From the NCBI RefSeq assembly GCF_000446015.1, contig NC_022093.1:750001-782000 (forward strand): a stretch of DNA of 32,000 nt, in the 5' to 3' direction. Of the stretch, positions 25,478 to 32,000 are shown piece by piece; the first letter of the stretch is position 1, and every line of letters starts with the position of its first letter. Both the position numbers and the translations under genes were made by a program. The notes under the pieces are model-generated. The model saw only the letters and a program-made list of their open reading frames with translations, had not been told where the DNA came from and did not search any database. This DNA comes from Thermofilum adornatum (lineage in GTDB: Archaea > Thermoproteota > Thermoprotei > Thermofilales > Thermofilaceae).

Positions 25478-26768
25478 TTTCTCCTACTAAATGAAGTGGT
25501 GATGCGTCGACAATTTTCACCTTTACAAACTCACCTATCTTGGCTGATTGATTCTTGATGATTACGGGCTTATATTCAATGGTACGCGCTGTAAGGTCTC
25601 CCTTAAAAGATATGTTTTCTACAAGTGCTTCCTTTACCTCGCCTATGTATGTCTTATTAATCTCGTAGGCTATTCTCAGTATCACGTCTGTAGCTAGCCT
25701 GCTTCGCTTTTTCTTTTCTGGTTCTGGGATTCCATGCAGGAGGTAGCCCTCAGTAAAGGGTCTTAAGGTATACCTGGCCACGTGTACCTTGTCGAATCTT
25801 ACTTCTTCAAGGAAAGCCAGGGTTCTTCTGAACGACTCCTCGTCTTCGCCTGGGAAGCCCACTATCAAATCTGTAACAATGCTAGATTTCCAGGGTTGTT
25901 GCCTAATGTGTGAAACGATTTCTTTGTAGTCTTGAACCGTGTATTTCCGACGCATGAGTCTCAAGACCTTGTCGTCTCCGGACTGTACAGGTATATGGAA
26001 GTACCTATAGAGTCGTTCATCTCTGAAAAGCGGCAAGAGGTCTCTTATAAATCTGCTTAAAAGCATCGGCTCCATCATGCCGAGCCTTATTCGATAAGTT
26101 CCGTCAACTTTGTCAAGTATTTCCTTTAAAAGGTCATAAAGCGTGATTTTAAGGTCGTAGCCATAGGCGGCCACGTCTTGACCAGTAAGAAGAATTTCTC
26201 GTGCCCCCTTTCTAACAGCTTCTCTAATATTCTCGACGATGCTTTGAGGCTCGTAGCTCTTCACTCCTCTGCCCCTGGTTACCCACTCTATACAGAAGGC
26301 ACAGTTGCCTAGGCATCCACTCTGGATGGGGACGATGTGGAATGATCCACCCTTGAATTCTGGAAGGACTGTTCTTAAATTTTGGTATTGTCTTAGAATG
26401 TATATGGGGCTCTCTGATTCTATGATTTCTGGGATTTTCTCTGTGGCGTCTGGTTCCACGAGGGAGGCTTGAGGAACAATTTCCAGGATGCTTCTTGGGC
26501 GTACGTTGACAAGGCAACCGGACACAATGAGCTTTGTGTGTTTGGCCTGTGTGGTCTTACTTATTTCATGTAGCCTCCTAAATATCTTGTTCTCAGTATC
26601 GCCCCTGACCGCACAAGTATTTACAATTATTATGTCTGCTTTTTCAATGTCTTGTACGATTTCATAGCCCCTTTTGGTAAGGAGAGTAGCTATGATGTTG
26701 GATTCTCCTTTGTTCAGCCAACATCCAAAAGTCTCGATATAAACTTTTTTTCCTGTTTCCGGGGACAT
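25467..26768 (-). CDS. mtaB: MiaB/MtaB-family radical-SAM tRNA methylthiotransferase (archaeal/CDKAL1-type, ms2t6A-forming by family)
   Basis: 433 aa. N-terminal UPF0004 domain (VYIETFGC..N..ES, NTCAVR), radical-SAM CLGNCAFC, and a C-terminal TRAM-like domain (GEFVKVKIVDASPLHLVGEII). The ATG shares one nucleotide with the ahcY stop. Confidence 0.9.
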   Translation of the reverse strand: MSPETGKKVYIETFGCWLNKGESNIIATLLTKRGYEIVQDIEKADIIIVNTCAVRGDTENKIFRRLHEISKTTQAKHTKLIVSGCLVNVRPRSILEIVPQASLVEPDATEKIPEIIESESPIYILRQYQNLRTVLPEFKGGSFHIVPIQSGCLGNCAFCIEWVTRGRGVKSYEPQSIVENIREAVRKGAREILLTGQDVAAYGYDLKITLYDLLKEILDKVDGTYRIRLGMMEPMLLSRFIRDLLPLFRDERLYRYFHIPVQSGDDKVLRLMRRKYTVQDYKEIVSHIRQQPWKSSIVTDLIVGFPGEDEESFRRTLAFLEEVRFDKVHVARYTLRPFTEGYLLHGIPEPEKKKRSRLATDVILRIAYEINKTYIGEVKEALVENISFKGDLTARTIEYKPVIIKNQSAKIGEFVKVKIVDASPLHLVGEIID

Positions 26769-28066
26769 CAGCTAGACCAAGACTCAAGGTATTTTTTCTG
26801 TTCGGGTGTCAGTTTCTCGATTTTTACCCCTAGAGCTTTGAGCTTAATATAAGCTATTTTCCTGTCAATGGAGCCTGGAAGTCTGTAAACTTTGGGTCTT
26901 AGCGACACGTGTTTTTTGAGGAGGGTCTTTACAGCAAGGGCCTGGTTGCCAAAGGAGAGATCCATAACCTCGCTTGGGTGTCCCTCGGCGGCGGCTAGAT
27001 TGACAAGTCTACCCTCGGCTATGAGGTAAAGCCTCCTATTATTTGGTAATAAATATTCTTCTACATTCTCGTTTATTTTTCTCTTCGAGACGGCGATTTT
27101 TTCTAGATCAGCCACAGAGATTTCAACATTGAAGTGTCCTGCATTTGCAAGTATGGCTCCGCTTTTCATTTTCAAAAAGTGTTCTGTCCGAATAACGTCC
27201 CTGTTGCCTGTTGCTGTTATGAATACGTCTCCCAATTCCGCCGCCGTTGACATATCTGAGACATAGAAGCCGTCATAATAGGCTTCGAGGGCTTTTATGG
27301 GGTCTGGCTCTACAACTAATACTCTTGCACCGAGCCCTTTCGCGCGCCAAGCTATTCCTCTGCCCACCCAGCCGTAGCCTGCAACGACTACGTTCTTGCC
27401 CGCGAAAAGAATGTTTGTTGCTCTGAGAATGCCGTCAAGTGAGGACTGGCCTGTCCCATACCTATTATCGAACATGTATTTCGTTTTTGAGTCGTTGACG
27501 GCTATTACCGGGTAAAGCAGTTTGCCGTCTTTTTCAAGAGCCTTTAGCCGTATAACGCCAGTCGTCGTCTCCTCTGTGCCACCATATATCCCTTTAGCTA
27601 TATCGCTGGAAAGGAATTCCTTGCCGATCCTGTAGTCTATGCCCTCTGTTATACCGTGTGCCAGCTTATGAATCATGACTGTGAGGTCTCCACCGTCGTC
27701 CATCGTGATATTTGGACCTATGGATGCGGCCCTAGCAATAGCCTCGAAGTATTCGTCCTCTTTCATTCCTCTCCATGCAAATATGCTGATCCCCTCCGTT
27801 GCTAAGTAAGCGGCCACCGGGTCCTGTGTTGAGAGCGGGTTTGAGGCTGAGAGCGCGACTTCTGCACCTGCGTCACGAAGTGTCAGCATGAGGACTGCTG
27901 TTTCTTTAGTGACATGCATGCATGCCGCGATTTTTATGCCTTTTAGGGGTTTTTCCTCTGAATATTTCTGTCTGATGTGTCTAAGGACTGGCATGTGTTG
28001 TTCAGCCCATTCGACCATTAGCTTGCCCTTTGGCGCAAGGGAAATATCCTTAACTTTATACTCCAT
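26768..28066 (-). CDS. ahcY: S-adenosyl-L-homocysteine hydrolase
   Basis: 432 aa. Typical N-terminus YKVKDISLA..G...V.WAE..MPVL, DDGGDL, NAD-binding GYGWVGRG, and GHFNVEI. Confidence 0.96.
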   Translation of the reverse strand: MEYKVKDISLAPKGKLMVEWAEQHMPVLRHIRQKYSEEKPLKGIKIAACMHVTKETAVLMLTLRDAGAEVALSASNPLSTQDPVAAYLATEGISIFAWRGMKEDEYFEAIARAASIGPNITMDDGGDLTVMIHKLAHGITEGIDYRIGKEFLSSDIAKGIYGGTEETTTGVIRLKALEKDGKLLYPVIAVNDSKTKYMFDNRYGTGQSSLDGILRATNILFAGKNVVVAGYGWVGRGIAWRAKGLGARVLVVEPDPIKALEAYYDGFYVSDMSTAAELGDVFITATGNRDVIRTEHFLKMKSGAILANAGHFNVEISVADLEKIAVSKRKINENVEEYLLPNNRRLYLIAEGRLVNLAAAEGHPSEVMDLSFGNQALAVKTLLKKHVSLRPKVYRLPGSIDRKIAYIKLKALGVKIEKLTPEQKKYLESWSS

Positions 28067-28140
28067 TCTTGGTCACCTGTTAGATATTTGATTCGCTAAA
28101 TAACTTTGTGGCAGAGACCAAAAAAGAATTTGGGATAAGG

Positions 28141-28929
28141 TTAGATCAGGGCCTCGTCAAGGTATCTAGCGCATTGACATTTTCTCTCTACAGGTATCCT
28201 TGGGATAAGGCTTGTTAAGAGCTTCTTTACCTTTTCTGTGTTCTCAGCCATAACCCTTGCAACCTCGTGGGCCGTGACAGGCTTCTCTGCCCATACATCA
28301 TAGTCTGTGACCATTGCAATGTTTAGGAAGCACATTCTAGCCTCTCGTGCCAGGTTTACCTCTGGTACAAGCGTCATGCCAACAATGTCAGCGCCGAACT
28401 GTCTCCAAAGCTTTGACTCGGCTCTAGTAGAAAATCTGGGCCCCTCTATGCACACATATGTTCCTTTTTCATGTGTCGTTATGCCGAGCTCCTTGGCTGT
28501 ATTGAGGCATATTTCTCGCAACTCGGGACAGAAGGGGTCGGCCATGGATACATGTGCAACGACAGGGCCATCATAAAAAGTGTATTCTCTTTTCTTGGTC
28601 ATGTCTATGAACTGGTTTGTGCAGACAAAGTCTCCGGGCTTGTAGTCTTCACGTAAGCTTCCAACGGCTGAGACAGATATTAGTCTCTCGACGCCAAGTT
28701 CCTTTAATGCCCATATGTTTGCCCTGTAGTTTACTTTGTGTGGTGGGTATTCGTGTTTCTTTCCATGTCTAGGCAGAAATGCTACTTCTACTCCTGCGAT
28801 TTCTCCAATAATAATGTTTGAGGAGGGGGCACCGAATGGAGTATAGATTTTTTCTTCTCGTGTATTCTTGAGAAAGTCCGGAGAGTAAAGTCCGCTTCCA
28901 CCAATTATTCCGATTCTTATCTTTTTCAT
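28141..28929 (-). CDS. mtnP: 5'-methylthioadenosine phosphorylase
   Basis: About 262 aa from ATG 28929 (GGTTAAATTAC 24-34 nt upstream; the track's TTG 28980 is less likely). [46 protein letters not shown]-terminal CQC (CXC) motif as described for hyperthermophilic archaeal MTAPs. Confidence 0.92.
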   Translation of the reverse strand: MKKIRIGIIGGSGLYSPDFLKNTREEKIYTPFGAPSSNIIIGEIAGVEVAFLPRHGKKHEYPPHKVNYRANIWALKELGVERLISVSAVGSLREDYKPGDFVCTNQFIDMTKKREYTFYDGPVVAHVSMADPFCPELREICLNTAKELGITTHEKGTYVCIEGPRFSTRAESKLWRQFGADIVGMTLVPEVNLAREARMCFLNIAMVTDYDVWAEKPVTAHEVARVMAENTEKVKKLLTSLIPRIPVERKCQCARYLDEALI

Positions 28930-28952
28930 AACGTATGAAATATTTTCGTCAA

Positions 28953-28963
28953 GTAATTTAACC
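28953..28963 (-). promoter_or_regulatory. Candidate TATA box for mtnP
   Basis: GGTTAAATTAC (minus strand) lies 24-34 nt upstream of ATG 28929. Confidence 0.35.
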
Positions 28964-29009
28964 TTTTTTCCAGAAATCAAAGCAAGCTATACGTCTGTTA
29001 AGGCCGGTT

Positions 29010-29576
29010 CTACATGAGCCATTTGAACGAGAAATACTGTATCCTATTCGTTGCTGGGTCTCTGTAGGCTAATATGAATCTTTTCCTTACGGAGTGTGAT
29101 AGACGTCCTGCCCTGATTATTTGTATTGGGTCAAGTTTATCTCCGTACTTCAGAACTTCTACTAGAAATATTGAGTGGTCTATTCCCGGTCCAAACTGAT
29201 ATACAGCGAAGGTTGATCCAAACTTCATTCCTGATTTTACGACATAGCCCCTGTTTCTTAGATCCTTGTATACGGTATATGCGTCGTAAAAGTTGTCATA
29301 AAGCTTTGAAGCTATCGAAAAAAACTCTGAAGGCTTTATTGGTTCTCCCCTCTCGTTTGTTAGGTTTAGGCACCCCTGCTCTAAGAGGTACATTGCATCA
29401 AAAAGTGAAATTTCAAGTTCCTTTTCGACGTCGGGAAGCTTGGGCTTGGGCACAGTAAAGAATCTACCATAGAATCCGCCCCTAAAGTATAGGTCGTGTC
29501 CCTCTTTAACATCAAGTACAACGACCCTGTTGCCTAGGAGGACAGCGTTGGCCTTAATGCATTCCATCTTAGACAC
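29010..29576 (-). CDS. endA: tRNA-splicing endonuclease, catalytic-type subunit
   Basis: 188 aa. N-terminal domain (..LLGNRVVVLD...LY..GFYG) and C-terminal catalytic domain with candidate Tyr/His/Lys (AVYQFGPGIDHS...SHSVRKR). GTG start with CTTTAAAAAAG 23-32 nt upstream; ATG 29567 is the alternative. A partner or structural subunit, if any, is not adjacent. Confidence 0.88.
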   Translation of the reverse strand: MSKMECIKANAVLLGNRVVVLDVKEGHDLYFRGGFYGRFFTVPKPKLPDVEKELEISLFDAMYLLEQGCLNLTNERGEPIKPSEFFSIASKLYDNFYDAYTVYKDLRNRGYVVKSGMKFGSTFAVYQFGPGIDHSIFLVEVLKYGDKLDPIQIIRAGRLSHSVRKRFILAYRDPATNRIQYFSFKWLM

Positions 29577-29672
29577 CCCTTCTCTAGGGGATGCCTACTT
29601 TTTTAAAGTTATAGTTGTTAAAGATAAAATGGGACAACGAAAAATTTTTTTGTTTTCACAGCAATTACATAT

Positions 29673-30344
29673 GTGAATAAGGTTAACACAAAATTAGTCC
29701 AATGGGAAGAAGTTGTCCAGTGGAGCCGTCTACTCGCCGAAAAAATCGAGTCTTCTGGCTACATCCCGGATCTGGTCATAGCAATTGCGCGGGGTGGCTA
29801 TGTACCTGCAAGGCTTCTATGCGACTTCCTCGACATACATGACTTGCTGAGTATACAGATACTCCATTGGGGGAAGGCCGCAGAAATAACCGCGGTTGCC
29901 CACGTAAAATATCCATACGAGGTAAACCTTCAAGGAAAAAAGGTTCTCCTTGTAGACGATATTGTTGATACGGGTGACTCTGTCATCGTCGCGAGGGACT
30001 ATATACTTTCAAAGTGGAGACCCAGCATGCTAAAGATTGCTACCATGCAGTGGATATCTCCGGTGGCCAAGATAAAGCCAGACTACTATGTAGAAGAAGT
30101 AAAGGAGTGGGTATGGTACCAGTATCCCTGGACAAGGCTAGAAGACACTACAAACTTTTTTGAGAAAATAATTTCTGAGCTCAAAAAAGAGGGCAAAAAT
30201 GAAGTTCCTAGAGGAGAGATACTTCAGAGGTTTAGGGACATCTATGGGATAGACGTTGGGGAACACTATTATAGTCTGGCCTTCAGGAAGCTTGCAGGGA
30301 AAGGAGTTATAGAACTTGTAGGAGACTGGGTCAAAATTAAATAG
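29673..30344 (+). CDS. Type I (purine-type) phosphoribosyltransferase with C-terminal ~70-aa extension
   Basis: 223 aa. PRPP-binding loop VLLVDDIVDTGDS and N-terminal IARGGYVPARLL, typical of small archaeal hypoxanthine/guanine/adenine-type PRTs. The extra C-terminal segment after about residue 155 has a helix-rich, winged-helix-like pattern. GTG start with an A/T box about 27 nt upstream. Confidence 0.8.
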   Translation: MNKVNTKLVQWEEVVQWSRLLAEKIESSGYIPDLVIAIARGGYVPARLLCDFLDIHDLLSIQILHWGKAAEITAVAHVKYPYEVNLQGKKVLLVDDIVDTGDSVIVARDYILSKWRPSMLKIATMQWISPVAKIKPDYYVEEVKEWVWYQYPWTRLEDTTNFFEKIISELKKEGKNEVPRGEILQRFRDIYGIDVGEHYYSLAFRKLAGKGVIELVGDWVKIK

Positions 30345-30395
30345 GGCTTCTTGTATTTCTTTTCAAAGCACTCTGCTTCACCGAGGATAGGCTTT

Positions 30396-31355
30396 ATGCT
30401 TGAAATTACTGTGGACCACGGTGTGACACTACAGAAAGATGGGAAAGTAATTTTGCTAGATCCTACTCGCATGCCAAAGAGGTCTCCAAGCGTTATAGTA
30501 GTCTCTCATGGCCATAGCGATCATTTCTCTTTAAAGGTTTTGAAGGCCTATCCAGATGTTCCAAAGATAATGAGTAGGGCGACACATGAGATAATAGACC
30601 CAAATAAGAAGCTCAGAAACATAGTATATGTAGAACACGGCGAGACGATAGAAGTTGCAGGAATCGAGTTCAGCGCGTACAATGCTGGGCACATAATAGG
30701 TAGTCTTCAGTTTTCCTTCAATTTCGACGGGAAAGATTTCGTTTTTACGGGAGATTTTAACCTCGAGAAAAGACTAATTCTCAAGCCTGCCCAGATACTA
30801 AAGGGCGATGTTCTGATAGTCGATGCTACGTATGGTTCTCCTAGATATGTTTTTCCCAAACGTAGTGACCTATACAGAGAGATAGTAGCTGTAGCAAAGA
30901 GGTTTTTCGAGGAGGGGTCGCCAATAATTTTTAAGGGGAGAAGAATTGGGACTGCACAGGAACTAGTTGCATTAATGAATGCATCGGTAGATGTCTTGCC
31001 CCTGGTGGAAGAAGTCGTAGCTAGGCACAACTCGGTATATGAGATGCATGGCGAATGGTTGGGCATGTATGCATACTGGAATGGACAGCCCCCAGACATG
31101 CCCCTACCCATTATTGCTGGCCTTAATTCAAGATCCGGAGGGAAAATCCCCAAATGCATATGTACAGGATGGGTAAAGGGAAAGCTTGCATTCCCCCTAA
31201 GTAGCCATGCCGACTACGACCAGATATTTAGATACATAAAAGAAAGCAACGCCAGCCTAGTCATTCCATTCTGTGGTTTCCGGAAAGAGCTGGCCGACGC
31301 GGTTTCTAGGGAGTTGGGGATAGAGATATCTTATGCAGATAAAACTAGGATCTGA
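30396..31355 (+). CDS. Small metallo-beta-lactamase / beta-CASP family nuclease
   Basis: About 319 aa from ATG 30396 (GAGG 9 nt upstream; the track's TTG 30351 is less likely). MBL motifs VILLDPT, VSHGHSDH, NAGHIIGS, FTGDFN. beta-CASP motif A IVDATYG and motif B LSSHADY. No KH or other N-terminal domains. Confidence 0.8.
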   Translation: MLEITVDHGVTLQKDGKVILLDPTRMPKRSPSVIVVSHGHSDHFSLKVLKAYPDVPKIMSRATHEIIDPNKKLRNIVYVEHGETIEVAGIEFSAYNAGHIIGSLQFSFNFDGKDFVFTGDFNLEKRLILKPAQILKGDVLIVDATYGSPRYVFPKRSDLYREIVAVAKRFFEEGSPIIFKGRRIGTAQELVALMNASVDVLPLVEEVVARHNSVYEMHGEWLGMYAYWNGQPPDMPLPIIAGLNSRSGGKIPKCICTGWVKGKLAFPLSSHADYDQIFRYIKESNASLVIPFCGFRKELADAVSRELGIEISYADKTRI

Positions 31356-31362
31356 AGGTGTA

Positions 31363-32000
31363 CTAACCAATTTTGCTAACTGGTTCGGCATTGCCGTTGA
31401 GCATCATGTAAACTGCTAAGTACATTGGAACCTCTATGATCCCGTTTTCACCACTGTTAAAATAGTAATATAGAATTTTTCTGGGGAGAGGTGACAACCT
31501 CACCTTGACTCTTTCCTCTGAGAAAACAATGGCTCTTTTAAGAATAGTCTCGGAATCGAGGTTTTCTACTTCGTTGGGGCTTATAGTGAATACCTTTAGA
31601 CCGGTTTTCCCATGTAGGCTTCCAGGCAATCTTATAAGCCTCTTTATATCAATAGTGACCTTCTCATCTATTTTTACTGCTAACTCGTTAATGGCGGCTT
31701 TTATGTTCTGATGCCACCATTCAAAGGGCTTGCTTAATTGTTCAAGGTCTACGCCTCCATCTGTCTCATTGTTCAACAAAAGGTATTTCGCTATTCTTCC
31801 AGCCCAGCCCGGCGCTACCACATTATACCTGTAGCGGTAGTTTTTCCCGTCCCTTGTCAAAAACAGTTTAGTCTCTAGCCCTACGCCTCTAACATAGTCA
31901 GATATCTCCCTGCGTGCATCTTGATCTAGATCCCGTACGTCTTCGTTCTCTAAGTGGAGGTGAAAGCCTCTGTGTCCCGAAAACGTTACAAACATATCTG
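31363..32000 (-). CDS. priS: DNA primase small (catalytic) subunit PriS, 5'-truncated by the window end
   Basis: The frame stays open to the window edge. FSGHRGFHLH matches the conserved PriS SGxRGxH motif, followed by D...RREISDYV. The N-terminal DxD region must lie beyond position 32000. The Met at 31995 is internal. Confidence 0.85.
   Translation of the reverse strand, partial: DMFVTFSGHRGFHLHLENEDVRDLDQDARREISDYVRGVGLETKLFLTRDGKNYRYRYNVVAPGWAGRIAKYLLLNNETDGGVDLEQLSKPFEWWHQNIKAAINELAVKIDEKVTIDIKRLIRLPGSLHGKTGLKVFTISPNEVENLDSETILKRAIVFSEERVKVRLSPLPRKILYYYFNSGENGIIEVPMYLAVYMMLNGNAEPVSKIG

Noticed and set aside
30707-31159. Long antisense ORFs inside well-supported genes. Examples: 30707..31159 (150 aa), 21257..21646 (129 aa), 7836..8204 (122 aa), 22219..22566 (115 aa), 10973..11314 (113 aa) and 2971..3291 (106 aa).
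   Set aside because: All lie fully within genes that have strong family motifs on the opposite strand. Their translations are Ser/Arg/Pro/Leu-rich with no recognisable motifs, starts or upstream signals, the typical shadow-ORF pattern.
1-32000. Search for CRISPR arrays, tandem repeats, IS elements, integrase or att sites next to the tRNA, toxin-antitoxin pairs and defence genes.
   Set aside because: I found no repeat-spacer periodicity, no transposase, integrase or recombinase-like ORF, and no duplicated tRNA 3' fragment flanking tRNA-Leu. Every ORF over 100 aa is accounted for by housekeeping families or is a shadow ORF.

Overview
This window is dense and almost entirely coding: 29 CDS and one intron-containing tRNA. 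It looks like a hyperthermophilic crenarchaeon (Thermoprotei-like). The lineage call rests on TiaS, aEF-2, PriS, EndA, isopentenyl phosphate kinase, a bulge-helix-bulge tRNA intron, frequent GTG/TTG starts, and TATA-like boxes about 25-35 nt upstream of many start codons; I cannot name the species. Contents in order: (1) a Tat-exported [NiFe] hydrogenase operon, hynS-hynL plus a NarI-like membrane protein and an HdrD-like CCG iron-sulfur protein; (2) moaA; (3) livGFHM ABC importer genes with no binding-protein gene; (4) a fused ADP-forming acyl-CoA synthetase; (5) YjbQ, isopentenyl phosphate kinase and GGPP synthase; (6) TiaS, ribosomal protein L6 and tRNA-Leu(CAG) with a 19-nt intron; (7) ridA-ilvA; (8) a PfkB kinase; (9) aEF-2; (10) an uncharacterised, heavily sequon-decorated type I membrane protein with a cytoplasmic coiled coil; (11) MetRS; (12) an mtaB-ahcY-mtnP cluster; (13) endA, a purine-type phosphoribosyltransferase with a C-terminal extension, a small beta-CASP nuclease, and a truncated priS. 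I saw no CRISPR array, transposase, integrase, toxin-antitoxin or recognisable defence genes, so this is mostly core housekeeping DNA. The items most worth a second look are the 539-aa membrane glycoprotein (22064-23683), the missing Cys in the small-subunit proximal-cluster motif (CAGN at 441-452), the hydrogenase wiring to an HdrD-like protein, the SAM by-product cluster, the mini beta-CASP nuclease, and a weak C/D-box sRNA candidate (14870-14926). All family assignments come from motif recognition by eye; no searches were run.
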